This document shows, in pieces, positions 39,132 to 50,255 of a stretch of DNA of 64,000 nt. The position numbers and the translations under genes are program-made. The stretch is from an uncultured Chloroflexia bacterium. GTDB taxonomy: Bacteria; Chloroflexota; Dormibacteria; Aeolococcales; Aeolococcaceae. The DNA lies in NCBI GenBank assembly GCA_963793875.1, contig CAWCBS010000014.1:90088-154087 (forward strand), read 5' to 3'. The stretch's first letter is position 1, and every line of letters starts with the position of its first letter. The notes below the pieces were generated by a model. It had not been told where the DNA came from. It did not search any database and worked only from the letters and a program-made list of their open reading frames with translations.

Positions 39132-39390
39132 GCGTCACAACCTCATCGGGGATGCCGTCGGTGTCGATGGTACGCGCGCCCGACACTGGTCATGACAATG
39201 AATGTCCCTCGGCGCAGTAACCAAGGCGCGGCATGCTTCCGGATGTGGCTCGCGAGCGCTTCAATCGCGAGGCGGCCCGCGGCCTGGGATCGCTGCCGGG
39301 TGGTCTTTCCGGTGGGGCGGCCCAGACGCCGGGTGCCTGTCCTCGGGCGACGGGGCAGGCGACGGCGCCGGCTACTAGACTGCTCACCCG

Positions 39391-40065
39391 ATGGGACTGG
39401 TGTACTCGGGGGTGCCGACCCCCCTGGCGCGGGCCCTGGTGGACGGCCTCGGGCTGCGCGTGGCGGTGGAGACCGGGACCAACCTCGGGGACGGCACCGC
39501 TGCGCTGGCCGAGATGGTTGATCGCGTCTGGACCGTGGAACTGTCGCCCAAGTACGCGGAGTGGGCGCGCGCCCGCCACGCTGGAACCCCGGCGATCACC
39601 CTCCTCGAGGGCGACTCGGCGACGGTTCTCGCCGAGCTGGCGCCGCGCATCGACCAGCCCACGCTGTACTGGCTGGACGCTCACTGGTGCGCGGGCGACA
39701 GCGCCGGCTTCGAGGCGCAGTGCCCGCTGCTCGGAGAGATCGAGGCTCTCGACTCCTCGCCGGCAGCCGCCGAGAGCGCGATCCTGATCGACGACGCCAG
39801 CTTCTTCCTGGCCTCCCCGTACCCCGACTACCGGAGGAGCGACTGGCCCCCCTTCATGGAGGTGGCCGACCGGTTGCGAGCACGGTATCCGCGCCACGTC
39901 ACCACACTCCTCGACGTGATCATCGCCACCCCTCCTGCGGGCCGGGCCGTCGTTGAGCGTTTCTGGCAGGCGAAGCGGGACGCCGACATGGCCGAGAGCA
40001 GGGAGCGCGCGCTGCGGGCGGAGCAGGCTCTCCGCGCGCGCTCCCTGCCGCGCGGCGAGCCCTGA
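39391..40065 (+). CDS. Hypothetical protein, possibly a class I SAM-dependent methyltransferase-like fold
   Basis: VETGTNLGDGTAAL…LYWLDAHW resembles a methyltransferase-like Rossmann motif. This is a weak call. Confidence 0.35.
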   Translation: MGLVYSGVPTPLARALVDGLGLRVAVETGTNLGDGTAALAEMVDRVWTVELSPKYAEWARARHAGTPAITLLEGDSATVLAELAPRIDQPTLYWLDAHWCAGDSAGFEAQCPLLGEIEALDSSPAAAESAILIDDASFFLASPYPDYRRSDWPPFMEVADRLRARYPRHVTTLLDVIIATPPAGRAVVERFWQAKRDADMAESRERALRAEQALRARSLPRGEP

Positions 40066-40155
40066 TACATGGTTCGGGTGGAGCGAGCGAGCCGACGGCC
40101 CCACTGTCTGCGCCCGGGTCGGCCAGGGAGCCGGTGTAGACTCCGCACCTGCCGC

Positions 40156-40242
40156 GCCGAGGTGGTGGAATAGGTAGACACGCTAGCTTGAGGGGCTAGT
40201 GAGCGCAAGCTCGTAGGGGTTCGAGTCCCCTCCTCGGCACCA
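40156..40242 (+). tRNA. tRNA-Leu (GAG) with a long variable arm; CCA encoded
   Basis: Acceptor gccgagg / cctcggc. Anticodon stem ctagc / gctag with loop tTGAGGg. 16-nt variable arm. The sequence ends …GGCACCA. Confidence 0.85.
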
Positions 40243-40285
40243 GGGCCCCGCCGTGCTCTGCAGCAGCGGACGGCTGGAGGGCGCG

Positions 40286-41656
40286 ATGGCAGGCTGGCGA
40301 TATCCGGAGGCGGGTGGCACCCAGGATGTCTTCTTCGACCGCGCCACGTCCGGCGCGCTCCCCACGATCGTGGCGGGGGAGGGCATCCACCTCACCGACG
40401 ATCGGGGGAGGCGCCTCCTCGACGTCTGCTCCGGGCCATTCTTGGCCGGACTCGGTCAGGGCAACGAGCGGGTGCTCCAGGCGATGCTGGAGCAGGGACG
40501 GCGGCTGACCTACACCTACTCGCGCACCACCCGGCACCCCGCCAACGCGGCCCTCACCGAGCGGCTGGCGTCACTGGCCGGCCCCGGCTTCGAGCGCGCG
40601 CACCTCACCTCGGGAGGCTCGGAGGCGGTCGAGATGGCCCTCAAGTTCCTCCGTGCCCATGCGGTTGCCACTGGACAGCCGAAGCGCCACCGCGTGATCT
40701 CGCTGATGCCCGGCTATCACGGGGCGACCTTCCAGACCCTCGGCCTGAACGGCGACCTCAACGTGCCGGCCCTCTGGGGGCCGATGACGGTCTGCTCGGA
40801 CAAGATCCCGGCCCCGCTGACGTTCCGGGCCAGCGGTCCGGAGCAGGCGGCGGCCGACAGCCTGAGCGCCCTGGAGGAGACCATCGAGCGGGTTGGGGCG
40901 GGACGGGTCCTGGCCCTGGTGATGGAGCCGATCGGCGGCCAGGCCTCAGGGGTCAACGTGCCCCACCCCTCCTTCGCACGCGGGGCCCGCGCCATCTGCG
41001 ATCACCACGGCATCCGGCTCGTCTTCGACGAGAGCGTGTGCGCCTTCCGGACCGGGCGATTCCTCGCCGCCCACCACCTTCCCGACGCACTGCCCGACGT
41101 CGTGGTGCTCGCCAAGGGGCTGGCGGCCGGCTACGCGCCGCTCGGCGCGGCACTGATGCCGGCAGGGATGGTGGAGGAGGTCGCTGCCTCCACCGGCTTT
41201 CTGGTGGCCCACTCCTACGATGCCAATCCGATCGCCTGCGCCGCCGGGGCGGCCGTCCTCGACGAGATCGTCGAACGCCACCTGATCGCCCACGCGGAGG
41301 AGATGGGGGCGCGCATCCGGGCCGGTCTGGCGCGGCTCGCCGCCGGCTCGCCGCTCATCGGCGAAGTCCGGGGCCGGGGGCTGCTGCTCGCCATCGAGCT
41401 GGTCGCCGACTGGGAGACCATGGCGAGGTTCCCGGCCGATGTCGACCCCGGCGCGGTGGTGCTCCGACACGGTGTCGAGCACGGACTTCTCCTCTACTCG
41501 CGGCGCCAGAACGCCGGCCGATTCGGCGACTGGCTGCTGATCGCCCCGCCGCTGGTCATCGACGAGGCCGGGTGCGATGACCTGCTCGAGCGGCTGGAGA
41601 CCACCCTGGCCAGTGCGGCGGGGGAGCTCCTGCCCCAGCCCGGAGGCGCCGGTTGA
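40286..41656 (+). CDS. Class III pyridoxal-phosphate-dependent aminotransferase
   Basis: 456-aa aminotransferase class III pattern (…SGGSEAVE…; DES…; [14 protein letters not shown] with the Lys for pyridoxal phosphate). The second Met was chosen as start. The track ORF begins at 40253. Confidence 0.75.
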   Translation: MAGWRYPEAGGTQDVFFDRATSGALPTIVAGEGIHLTDDRGRRLLDVCSGPFLAGLGQGNERVLQAMLEQGRRLTYTYSRTTRHPANAALTERLASLAGPGFERAHLTSGGSEAVEMALKFLRAHAVATGQPKRHRVISLMPGYHGATFQTLGLNGDLNVPALWGPMTVCSDKIPAPLTFRASGPEQAAADSLSALEETIERVGAGRVLALVMEPIGGQASGVNVPHPSFARGARAICDHHGIRLVFDESVCAFRTGRFLAAHHLPDALPDVVVLAKGLAAGYAPLGAALMPAGMVEEVAASTGFLVAHSYDANPIACAAGAAVLDEIVERHLIAHAEEMGARIRAGLARLAAGSPLIGEVRGRGLLLAIELVADWETMARFPADVDPGAVVLRHGVEHGLLLYSRRQNAGRFGDWLLIAPPLVIDEAGCDDLLERLETTLASAAGELLPQPGGAG

Positions 41657-41732
41657 ACGTTCCCCCTGGTGGCCGTCCAGCCGGCGACGGTGCCGGAATG
41701 CGGCCGGCACCCCGGGTGGCATAGTTCGGACG

Positions 41733-42320
41733 ATGACCACCGAGCCGCGCCCGCTACCCGTCGACCCCCTCGCCGGCCTGGCGCGAGAGCTGCTCGCCGA
41801 GCTGGGCGAGGACCCCAACCGGGAGCCGCTGCTGCGCACCCCGGCCCGGGTGGCCGAGAGCCTCCGCTTCCTCACCCAGGGGTACGGCATCGACGTCAAG
41901 GACGTCATCCGCGACGCCGTCTACGCCGAGCCCTACGAGGAGATGGTCCTGGTCCGGGACGTGGAGGTGTACAGCCTCTGCGAGCACCACCTTCTGCCCT
42001 TCTACGGGCGGGCCCACATCGCCTACATGCCCCGGGGACGGATCGTCGGGCTGAGCAAGCTGCCCCGGGTGGTGGACGTCTTCGCCCGCCGTCTCCAGGT
42101 CCAGGAGCGGCTCACCACCCAGATCGCCGAGGCCCTCGACGAGGCGCTCAGCCCGTACGGCGTCGCCGTGGTCATCGAGGCCTTCCACCTCTGCATGATG
42201 ATGAGGGGCGTCCAGAAGCAGAACAGCCAGACGGTGACGTCGTCGCTCACCGGCGTGTTTCGCAACGACCCCAAGACCCGCAGCGAGTTCCTGGAGCTGA
42301 TCGGCCGCCGTCCACGCTGA
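41733..42320 (+). CDS. folE: GTP cyclohydrolase I
   Basis: …[13 protein letters not shown]…HLCMMMRGV… FolE signature. 195 aa. Confidence 0.9.
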   Translation: MTTEPRPLPVDPLAGLARELLAELGEDPNREPLLRTPARVAESLRFLTQGYGIDVKDVIRDAVYAEPYEEMVLVRDVEVYSLCEHHLLPFYGRAHIAYMPRGRIVGLSKLPRVVDVFARRLQVQERLTTQIAEALDEALSPYGVAVVIEAFHLCMMMRGVQKQNSQTVTSSLTGVFRNDPKTRSEFLELIGRRPR

Positions 42321-42362
42321 TCCGGCCGGCGGCCGACGGGGACCGGGGGCGAGTGAGTTGAC

Positions 42363-43532
42363 TCAGGCTTGGGGCGGCGCCACCAGGAAGTCCTGGGTGA
42401 TCCACCCGTGGCCCTGGAGATGCCACCAGATCGTGCCCGCCGCCTGACCGCTGCTCGAGTCGGTCTCCGCGGTGTAGGTGGGCCCCTGGTCCAGGGTGTA
42501 CTGGCTCCCCGAACCTGACGCGCTCCAGGCCAGGCAGCCGGCGGTGCCGGAGGCGTGGCCGGCGCTCGAGTAGACGTCGGCACAGCCCGTTCCGGGGCCG
42601 AAGATGTAGCTGGCCGTTCCCACCACGGGGTTGTATCCGGAGCTCTGGGCGCAGGCGACGTCGAGCGGATGCCAGACGCCGGAGTCCTCGAACACGTACG
42701 AGTAGCAGACGGCGCCACCGCCGGTCGCGGAGTAGTCGAACTGCTGGTATCCCGCCGTGTTCCCGCTGCCCAGGATGGGGCCGGTGCTGGTGGTCAGGCA
42801 GTCCTTCCCCGCCGTGGGGGTGCAGCTCTCGGTGACGTCCATCCCCATCTCCGTCCCGATGGTCCCGAAGGTCGCGTCGAGGACGGACTGGAAGGTCTGC
42901 GAAGGAGCCGCCTGGGTGATCGCACCCAGCTCGATCTCGCCCTTGCAAGGCGCCATCGAGGATGAGCCTGGGACCACGCCGGTGACGGTGCCACCGCCCG
43001 GGACGGTGAAGCTCACCTCGCCGACCGACGGCGCCGCTCCCGAGCACTGACCCGGCTGGACGTCACCGGTGTGCCAGCTGATGGTGGCGGTCGCCTCGCC
43101 GGACTGCGGCCACCAAGCGTCGAGGGCGATCCGGTCCGGCACCAGCCAGGCGCTGCCGCTGGGCGGTGTCCCCTGGAGGCTGGTGGTCAGTGAGCCGCCG
43201 TTGCTGTCCATGAGCTCCGCGGCCAGGGCTCCGCTCAGCTGGCACGCCTTGCTGGAGTGGTTGGCGAAGAGCGCGGTCAGTCCCTGCTGACCCCCGGAGG
43301 CGGAATTCTCAGCGCCCAGCACCGCGGTGAGCTCGGAGCCGGTGCACGCCGTGCTGGCGGCTGTGGGCGTGGCCGAGGGGGCGGTGGCAGTGGGGGTGGA
43401 GGTCGTCGCCTGAGTGGGGGTGGGAGAGCTGGGTGTTGTCGAGCCTCCGCAGGCGCTGAGCGCCACGGCCGGCAGCAGCAGCATGGAGAAGAGAGCGCGC
43501 GCGATGACCGGAGGACGGACGGAATTAGGCAT
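42363..43532 (-). CDS. Secreted lipoprotein, Ser/Thr/Gly-rich, unknown function
   Basis: Signal peptide plus lipobox LSACGG. Thr/Pro-rich linker. 389 aa. Confidence 0.55.
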   Translation of the reverse strand: MPNSVRPPVIARALFSMLLLPAVALSACGGSTTPSSPTPTQATTSTPTATAPSATPTAASTACTGSELTAVLGAENSASGGQQGLTALFANHSSKACQLSGALAAELMDSNGGSLTTSLQGTPPSGSAWLVPDRIALDAWWPQSGEATATISWHTGDVQPGQCSGAAPSVGEVSFTVPGGGTVTGVVPGSSSMAPCKGEIELGAITQAAPSQTFQSVLDATFGTIGTEMGMDVTESCTPTAGKDCLTTSTGPILGSGNTAGYQQFDYSATGGGAVCYSYVFEDSGVWHPLDVACAQSSGYNPVVGTASYIFGPGTGCADVYSSAGHASGTAGCLAWSASGSGSQYTLDQGPTYTAETDSSSGQAAGTIWWHLQGHGWITQDFLVAPPQA

Positions 43533-43568
43533 GGCGGCTATCCTGCTCGGGAGTACAGGGGTTGTGCA

Positions 43569-44813
43569 ATGGCCAAGCCTCGCCGGCGGCCACGGATCAC
43601 CCCGCGACGACCCGCCCGTAAGATGACCCGGATGGCGACGCCGACTGACGCTCGCGTGCCCATTCGGGAGACGGGACGCGGTGGCGGCTCACGGCCGGCC
43701 CTCAGCACGATCGGCGACCGCGACTTGGCGGCCCTGCTCCGGGAGATGGGACAGCCGCCCTGGCGCGCCCGCCAGCTGCGCGAGGCGACCTGGCAGCCCT
43801 ACGTGAGCGGCTTCGAGGCGATGCGGCAGCTTCCCGGGGAACTGCGCGCCGAGCTCGGTGACCGGCTCCGCTTCAGCACCGCCGCGGTGACCTCGGAGCG
43901 GGTGGCGGACGCCGGGTTGACCCTCAAGCTGCTCTGCGCCCTCGAGGGACCCCAGACGGTCGAGACCGTGGCGATGGAGAGCCCCGCCCGGGGCGTCAGC
44001 GGCCGCCGGGCCACCGTCTGCGTCAGCACCCAGGTCGGCTGCGCGGTCGGATGCCCCTTCTGCGCCACCGGGCGCATGGGACTGCGCCGCAGCTGCACTC
44101 CCGCCGAGGTCGTCGATCAGGTCAGGCTGGCCGGTCAGGCCCTCTCCCGCCACGCGCTGGGGCCGGTCACCCACGTGGTCTACATGGGCATGGGGGAGCC
44201 CCTCGCCGCGTACGAGACCACGGTGGCCTCGCTGCGCATCCTGGCCGCAACTGGTGGAATCAGCCCGCGGCGGATCACGGTCTCCACCAGCGGGGTGGTG
44301 CCGGGCATCCGCAGGCTGGCCGCCGAGGGGCTGCCGGTGACCCTGGCGGTGTCGCTCCACGCCGCCAGCGACGCGCTGCGCGACCGGCTGGTGCCGCTGA
44401 ACCGTGCCCATCCGCTGGACGCGCTGCTGGCGGCGGCCGGAGCCTACGCGCGAACCACCGGTCGCCGGCTCAGCCTGGAGTGGTGCCTGATCGGCGGGGT
44501 GAACGATGGCCTCGACCAGGCCGCCGGGCTGGTGGGGATCGCCCGGAGGCTCGGCGCCCACGTCAACGTCATCCCTATGAACCGGATCGAGGGCAGCCCC
44601 TGGGGGCCGCCCCCGGCGGCCGTCGGGCGCGCCTTCCTGCGCCATCTCACCGGGGCGGGGGTGAGGGTGACGGTGCGGGACACCCGCGGCGGGGAGGCGG
44701 AGGCGGCCTGCGGGCAGCTGCGCGCCGCGCTCGAGCCGAGGAGGCAGCTGCGTCCGGACGGCACGCTCACGCCGCAGCGAGCGGTGCGGCATGGCGCACC
44801 AACGCGGGGCTGA
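43569..44813 (+). CDS. rlmN: 23S rRNA (adenine2503-C2)-methyltransferase, radical SAM (RlmN family)
   Basis: …STQVGCAVGCPFCATG… radical-SAM cluster motif and an RlmN-like N-terminal domain. The start is uncertain: ATG 43569, 43623 or 43632. The track ORF begins at 43257. Confidence 0.75.
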   Translation: MAKPRRRPRITPRRPARKMTRMATPTDARVPIRETGRGGGSRPALSTIGDRDLAALLREMGQPPWRARQLREATWQPYVSGFEAMRQLPGELRAELGDRLRFSTAAVTSERVADAGLTLKLLCALEGPQTVETVAMESPARGVSGRRATVCVSTQVGCAVGCPFCATGRMGLRRSCTPAEVVDQVRLAGQALSRHALGPVTHVVYMGMGEPLAAYETTVASLRILAATGGISPRRITVSTSGVVPGIRRLAAEGLPVTLAVSLHAASDALRDRLVPLNRAHPLDALLAAAGAYARTTGRRLSLEWCLIGGVNDGLDQAAGLVGIARRLGAHVNVIPMNRIEGSPWGPPPAAVGRAFLRHLTGAGVRVTVRDTRGGEAEAACGQLRAALEPRRQLRPDGTLTPQRAVRHGAPTRG

Positions 44814-44873
44814 GGAACTGACCGCACCTGCCGGGCGGGGCGACCGCCCCAATTCAGAGGGTCCGCAAAGCCC

Positions 44874-45065
44874 CTAGGCGGAGGCCTGCTTGCTGGCGGT
44901 GCGGATGCAGCGGGTGCAGAGGGTCGTCTTGACCCAGCGGCTGCCCTCGAGCACCCGCGTCGACTGCAGGTTGGGCATGAAGCGGCGGCGGGTCCGGACC
45001 TTGGAGTGGCTGACGTTGTTGCCGACCATCGGCCCCTTGCCGCAGCGGTCGCACTTCTGGGACAT
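44874..45065 (-). CDS. rpmB: 50S ribosomal protein L28
   Basis: [34 protein letters not shown]… bL28. 63 aa. Divergent from asp23. Confidence 0.85.
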   Translation of the reverse strand: MSQKCDRCGKGPMVGNNVSHSKVRTRRRFMPNLQSTRVLEGSRWVKTTLCTRCIRTASKQASA

Positions 45066-45218
45066 GGTGGTGAGGTGTGATCCCTGAGCGGCCGGAGCGG
45101 CACCTGGGCCGGCCCCGGCGGCATACTTAGCAATCCCTGCGCCGGACGTGGAGCCATGTCCGGCGTTGGTTCTGGGCGAGAATAGCACAGCGGCCATGCC
45201 GCATCTGATGGGAGCGAC

Positions 45219-45614
45219 GTGACGAGCAGACAGCGGACGGCGGGGCCCCTCAGCCACACCGCGGGGCTGGGCCGGATCGAGGTGTCGCCGCGGGTGGTGG
45301 CCTCGATCGTCGGCCACGTCGCCAACGAGTGCTACGGGGTCGTCGGCATGGCCGCCCAGGGCCTGCGCGACGGGATCGCCGAGCGGCTCAACCGGGAGAC
45401 CGTCCACCGCGGGGTCACGGTCGAGATCCAGGAGGGCGGGCTGGTGATCGAGCTCTACATCATCGCCCAGTACGGCACCCGCATCAGCGAGGTCGCCCAC
45501 AACCTGATGAGCGCGGTCAAGTACGAGGTCGAGAAGACCCTGGGGGTGGATGTCATCGCGGTCAACGTCAACGTTCAGGGCATTCACCTGGAAGAGGGCG
45601 ATGACCGGCGCTGA
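45219..45614 (+). CDS. Asp23/Gls24-family (alkaline shock) protein
   Basis: …[19 protein letters not shown]… is an Asp23-family sequence. The order rpmB / asp23-yloV is a conserved arrangement. Confidence 0.75.
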   Translation: MTSRQRTAGPLSHTAGLGRIEVSPRVVASIVGHVANECYGVVGMAAQGLRDGIAERLNRETVHRGVTVEIQEGGLVIELYIIAQYGTRISEVAHNLMSAVKYEVEKTLGVDVIAVNVNVQGIHLEEGDDRR

Positions 45615-47520
45615 CGGCGCGGTGGCGGCCAGTCCACGACAGCCGTTGCGGGAGATCGACGGCGACGCGCTCCTGGCCGGGCTGCGCAGCTCGCTGGCCT
45701 GGCTCCAGGCCAACCAGGAGCAGGTCAACGAGCTCAACGTCTTCCCGGTGCCGGACGGCGACACCGGCTCCAACATGTATCTGACCCTCCGCTCGGCGGT
45801 CGAGGACGCCCAGGCGGCCCCGGTCCCGTCCTCGGCCGGCTCGGTGATGCGGGCCGCCGCCCACGGCTCCCTGATGGGAGCGCGTGGCAACAGCGGGGTC
45901 ATCCTCTCCCAGATCTTCCGCGGCTTCGCGCAGGGGGTCGCGGATCGGGACCACCTGGACGCAGCCGGTGTCGCTGACTGCCTCAGCGAGGGAGCCCGGG
46001 TCGCCTACAAGGCGGTCATGAAGCCCACCGAGGGGACCATTCTCACCGTGGTGCGCGAGGCCGCCGAGGCCGCCCAGCGCGCCGCGGCCACCAACTTCGA
46101 CATCCGTGCCGTGCTCGACGAGACGGTGCGCGAGGCACACGGCGCCGTCGAGCGGACCATCGACCAGCTGGCCGTGCTGCGCGAGGCCGGGGTGGTCGAC
46201 GCAGGCGGGTTCGGGCTGGCCGTGATCTTCGAGGGGCTGACCCGGGCGGTCGGTGAGTCGGACGAGGCGGCCCGGCGGCCGCGCCTGGTACGAGAGCGCC
46301 GCAGCGGCGAGCCCCGGGTGCGACGGCCAGAGGATCCCGCGGTGACCCCCCGGGACGACCTGGCGGTTCCCGCCGCCGCCACGTCGTCACCGACTGCCGC
46401 TCATCCCGCGGCGGGCCGGCGTCGCGGTGCGGCGGCGGTCGCGCGCCGTGAGCAGGGCTGGGGCTACTGCACCGAGTTCATGATCAGCGGCCCGGGGCTC
46501 GACGTGGAGGCCCTCCGCGAGGAGCTGGGCGGGCTCGGCGACTCCAGCCTGGTGGTCGGCGACGCCGACCTGGTCCGGGTCCACATCCACACCGGCGACC
46601 CCGCTGCCCTCATCGGCGTGGCCGCCCAGCGCGGGGGTCTCTCCAACCTCAAGGTCGAGGACATGACGGCTCAGCACCACGAGATCCTGGTCCGCGCCGA
46701 CCGCAGCGAGATGTCCGCGGCGGTGGAGGGCGGGCCCGTCGGTGCCGGCGTGACGACCACTGCCCCGGTTGCCCCGCAGGCGGGCTTCGTGAAGCCAGCG
46801 GGGCCTGCCTCGAGCGCACCGGGCACCATCGGGTCCCCGGCGCCCTCCGGGGCCGCGGCGAGCCGGCGGTTCGCCGTGGTGGCGGTCGCCCCCGGGGACG
46901 GGTTCCAGGAGATCTTCCGGAGCCTTGGGGCCGACGCCGTGGTGGAGGGTGGTCAGACCATGAACCCCTCGACCCAGGACCTCCTCTCGGCGGTCAAGGG
47001 GACCGGGGCGAGCTCGGTGGTGATCCTCCCCAACAACGGCAACGTGATCATGACCGCCGAGCAGGTCCAGCACCTCGCCGAGGGGATCGACGTGCGGGTG
47101 GCCCCGTCACGCAACGTGCCTCAGGGGATCAGCGCCATGCTGGCCATCGACCCCGGGGGTGACGGCCCGGCCAACGCCCGCCGGATGACCGAGGCGATGC
47201 CCCGCGTCTCCGCCGTGGAGGTGACCCGGGCGGTGCGCGACAGCGGCATCAACGGTCTCCAGATCCACGCCGGCGAGGTGATGGCCCTGGTGGACGACGA
47301 GATCGTCCAGACCGGTGATGACGACGCGTCGGTGATCGAGGCCGTGCTCCGCAACCATGACACCCCGCCCGAGCTGGTCACCGTCTACTGGGGCGCCCAG
47401 GTCGACCAGGGCGCGGCCGCGGCACTGGTCGACCGCTTGCGCGCCGCTTTCCCGGAGGTCGAATTCGAGCTGCACCGGGGCGGCCAGGACCACTACCCCT
47501 ACATCCTCTCCCTGGAGTGA
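45601..47520 (+). CDS. DAK2-domain fusion protein (YloV family)
   Basis: N-terminal DAK2 motif [14 protein letters not shown]. 639 aa. Overlaps the asp23 3' end. Confidence 0.75.
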   Translation: MTGADGAVAASPRQPLREIDGDALLAGLRSSLAWLQANQEQVNELNVFPVPDGDTGSNMYLTLRSAVEDAQAAPVPSSAGSVMRAAAHGSLMGARGNSGVILSQIFRGFAQGVADRDHLDAAGVADCLSEGARVAYKAVMKPTEGTILTVVREAAEAAQRAAATNFDIRAVLDETVREAHGAVERTIDQLAVLREAGVVDAGGFGLAVIFEGLTRAVGESDEAARRPRLVRERRSGEPRVRRPEDPAVTPRDDLAVPAAATSSPTAAHPAAGRRRGAAAVARREQGWGYCTEFMISGPGLDVEALREELGGLGDSSLVVGDADLVRVHIHTGDPAALIGVAAQRGGLSNLKVEDMTAQHHEILVRADRSEMSAAVEGGPVGAGVTTTAPVAPQAGFVKPAGPASSAPGTIGSPAPSGAAASRRFAVVAVAPGDGFQEIFRSLGADAVVEGGQTMNPSTQDLLSAVKGTGASSVVILPNNGNVIMTAEQVQHLAEGIDVRVAPSRNVPQGISAMLAIDPGGDGPANARRMTEAMPRVSAVEVTRAVRDSGINGLQIHAGEVMALVDDEIVQTGDDDASVIEAVLRNHDTPPELVTVYWGAQVDQGAAAALVDRLRAAFPEVEFELHRGGQDHYPYILSLE

Positions 47521-47544
47521 GGCCGCGCGCCGGGCGCGCTCAGC

Positions 47545-49626
47545 TCAGGGCAGGAGGCGGTCCGGGGTCCCGTTGAAGCCGGCGTAGATCGAGAAGGTGT
47601 CGCCCGCGGTGGCGGTCTTGGCCACCGCGTAGAAGAGGTTCCAGTAGCAGGCGGTGTTATCCGGGTTGGATGCGCATCCGGAGGGCAGGGTGTAGTTGGA
47701 CGGCACCGAGATCTCGAACTGGAGCCACTGGCCGTTCCAGAGGGTTCCGCCCGTGCTGCCCGCGGTCTGGATGACGGCGTCCGTGGTCTTGCCGCCGGCA
47801 TCCGGGTTGCCCGCTGCCCCGCTCGAGCTGGCATTGCCCTCGTTCCCATAGCTGTCGCTGCCGAGCGACGGCCCGAGGTCCTGGATGCTATAGCCGGTGG
47901 GCATCGACGCGAAGGAGGTGGGGGTGCTGCACGACCCGCCGCTGGAGTTGGGTGGCGCGAACCCCAGGAAGGCCGCACCGCCGCCCACGTCGCCGGGGTC
48001 GAAGAGGTCGATAGTGATGGTCTGGCCGGCGTAGGCCGGATCCAGGTAGAAGATCGGGATCTGGAAGTCCTGGCACTGGCCACCCTGCACCGGGGTGTAG
48101 ACGGTCATGTCGTCCATCGCGGAGACCGTGCAGGTGCCGCAACTCCCCCCGGTGGAGGAGACGACCCGCACCGAGTACGCCTTGTGGGCCAGCGGGTATC
48201 CGCTTGCAGCCGCGGTGAGCGGGTTGATCGTCACACCGGTGTTGGTCAGGGTATCCACCTCGAGGCGGTAGTACTCGGGGGTGGACGAGCTGTTGGTGAT
48301 GTACCCGGTGGCGGTGCCGGTGGTGGGGTAGGCCGTCCGGTACAGCTGCTGGTCGTTCGTGTAGTTGGAGTCTGCGACGTTGCTGATTTGGCCAGTTGGG
48401 TCGTCTATCGAGATCCAGTTGTGGAACATCGCGGGGACCTTACCGGTCACCTTGGTCGAGGAACCCGCGCTGCCGTATCCCCCCCAGTAGATGTAGCTGC
48501 TGGTCCCGAGCGTGCTGCCCTCCAGCCCGGTGGCGTTGTACGGGTAGAAGATCTGCTGGTCGAGCTCCGTGTCGTTGAGATCGGAGGCGAGGGTCGGGAC
48601 CGAGAAGAGCGTGTAGGCCATAGCGGCGTAATCGGCTTTGGTCGCGTCCGGTTGCTGGGTGCCGCAGGCACTGCCGTTGCCGCTCGAGCAGTCGTCGGGG
48701 AAGTCGCCGTCGTCCTCGTGGAGCGTGTAATCGCCGTTGTTGTTGTTGTCATCGGTGTTGGGGGCGAAGCTAGGGTTGTAGATCTGGACGTCCACGGTGC
48801 TATTCGCCGGGACGGTGATCAGGTAGTTCTGGCCGCCGTTGCCGTTGATCCCTGAGATGCCGGTGGTCTCGGTACCGTTGAGCGGACTGATGTTGTGGAA
48901 GTTGACTGTGCTGTCCGCCGCGGCACAGGAATCGGACGAGCCGAGAGGGCCGCAGCTGGTCGCCGAGTTATTCGGGTCGGGTGTGTATCCATCGCCCTCG
49001 GATCGGTCGACGCTCCAGCCCTCGGAGCGGAGGATGTAGAAGTTGCCCGAACTGCCCAGACCGCTGGGAGGGGTGGCGCAATAGGCGCCGGCCTGCCCCG
49101 CCGTGGGTACGCCGTCGCAGTTGGTGGTGGCGGCGAGGCCCGACCCGAGCTGGCTGCCGGGTTGACCGAGCTGGATGGGCGGTAGGTACTCCGCGGTGGC
49201 GTTCCGGACAACCGCATGGGGCCCGAATCCGACCAGCTGGAGGAAGGTGACCGGCACGTTGACCGACACCGTCACCTCGAGCTGGTTGGTGGTTCCCGCC
49301 GGCGCCTGGACCACCGCGCAGGGTGCGGGGGCGCTGGCGATGTTGGCGAGCGTGGTGGTGGTCGGGCAGGCGCTCTCGAAGCCGTTGCGGGCCACCTCCA
49401 CCAGGGCGGCGTTGGTCGCTGCCGCGTAGTTACCGGGCAGGTAGGCGACGCCGGCCAGGGCGCCCGCTGCCGCCGCCCGCTCGACCTGGTCACTGCTGAA
49501 GTAGCTCATGCCGGCGTCGACGGCGAGTCCGGCGATGGCCAGGAGGAGCACCGCCATCAGCGCGAAAAGGAGCATCACCTGGCCGCGCGCGGTGCGGCGG
49601 CCGTCGCGGGTCGGGCGTGGCCTCAT
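47545..49626 (-). CDS. TadG-like large pseudopilin / Tad pilus-associated secreted protein
   Basis: The N-terminus (…QVMLLFALMAVLLLAIAGLAVDAGMSYF) is a TadE/TadG-type prepilin-like leader and TM helix. A large Gly/Ser/Thr/Asn-rich extracellular domain follows. 693 aa when started at the internal Met at 49626. Confidence 0.65.
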   Translation of the reverse strand: MRPRPTRDGRRTARGQVMLLFALMAVLLLAIAGLAVDAGMSYFSSDQVERAAAAGALAGVAYLPGNYAAATNAALVEVARNGFESACPTTTTLANIASAPAPCAVVQAPAGTTNQLEVTVSVNVPVTFLQLVGFGPHAVVRNATAEYLPPIQLGQPGSQLGSGLAATTNCDGVPTAGQAGAYCATPPSGLGSSGNFYILRSEGWSVDRSEGDGYTPDPNNSATSCGPLGSSDSCAAADSTVNFHNISPLNGTETTGISGINGNGGQNYLITVPANSTVDVQIYNPSFAPNTDDNNNNGDYTLHEDDGDFPDDCSSGNGSACGTQQPDATKADYAAMAYTLFSVPTLASDLNDTELDQQIFYPYNATGLEGSTLGTSSYIYWGGYGSAGSSTKVTGKVPAMFHNWISIDDPTGQISNVADSNYTNDQQLYRTAYPTTGTATGYITNSSSTPEYYRLEVDTLTNTGVTINPLTAAASGYPLAHKAYSVRVVSSTGGSCGTCTVSAMDDMTVYTPVQGGQCQDFQIPIFYLDPAYAGQTITIDLFDPGDVGGGAAFLGFAPPNSSGGSCSTPTSFASMPTGYSIQDLGPSLGSDSYGNEGNASSSGAAGNPDAGGKTTDAVIQTAGSTGGTLWNGQWLQFEISVPSNYTLPSGCASNPDNTACYWNLFYAVAKTATAGDTFSIYAGFNGTPDRLLP

Positions 49627-49634
49627 CGCAGTCT

Positions 49635-50255
49635 TCACTCCACTGGAGCCAGGCGGACGACCGTGTACCTGGTCTCCGTCTGCGTGAACATGGACAGGGT
49701 GGGGGAGGTGTACTTGAATTGGACGAGCACCCCCAGCTCGGCCTCGTTGGGATGGATCTGGACGCGCAGATCGAGCGTGTAACCGGCCGTACCCTGCAGC
49801 GTCCATGCACCGCCGACAAGCTGGTAGACGTCGATCGGCTCACCGGCCGTGTAGGCGCCGTTGTTGGGTGGGCAACCGCCGCTCGTATAGGGGGTACCGG
49901 TGGCGAAGAGCCCGCCGTTGGTGCAGGAGGTGGGCTCGTAGATCGCGATCTCCTGCACCACGGCGTTGGGCATGGTGCCGGTGAAGATCGGGACCATCTG
50001 CTGGATGATCGCCTGGTCCGCGGCGCAGGGATTCGTGTTGAGCCCCGACTGGCATGCGGCGACGACCGTGGGGTAACCGTCGTTGCCCAGCTCGGCTGCG
50101 TAGCGCGCGCCGGCCCGCGTGGCCTGCAGGGCGGTGTCGTTGTCGCCGATGAGATCCGCTGCGGTCCAGCCGCCGAGGAAGAGCACCACCATGACGGGCA
50201 CCACGATGGCGAACTCCACCATCGCCTGCCCGCTGCGCCGGGACCGACGCCTCAT
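49635..50255 (-). CDS. TadE-like pseudopilin
   Basis: …RSGQAMVEFAIVVPVMVVLFLG… is the TadE-family N-terminal motif. 206 aa. Confidence 0.7.
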   Translation of the reverse strand: MRRRSRRSGQAMVEFAIVVPVMVVLFLGGWTAADLIGDNDTALQATRAGARYAAELGNDGYPTVVAACQSGLNTNPCAADQAIIQQMVPIFTGTMPNAVVQEIAIYEPTSCTNGGLFATGTPYTSGGCPPNNGAYTAGEPIDVYQLVGGAWTLQGTAGYTLDLRVQIHPNEAELGVLVQFKYTSPTLSMFTQTETRYTVVRLAPVE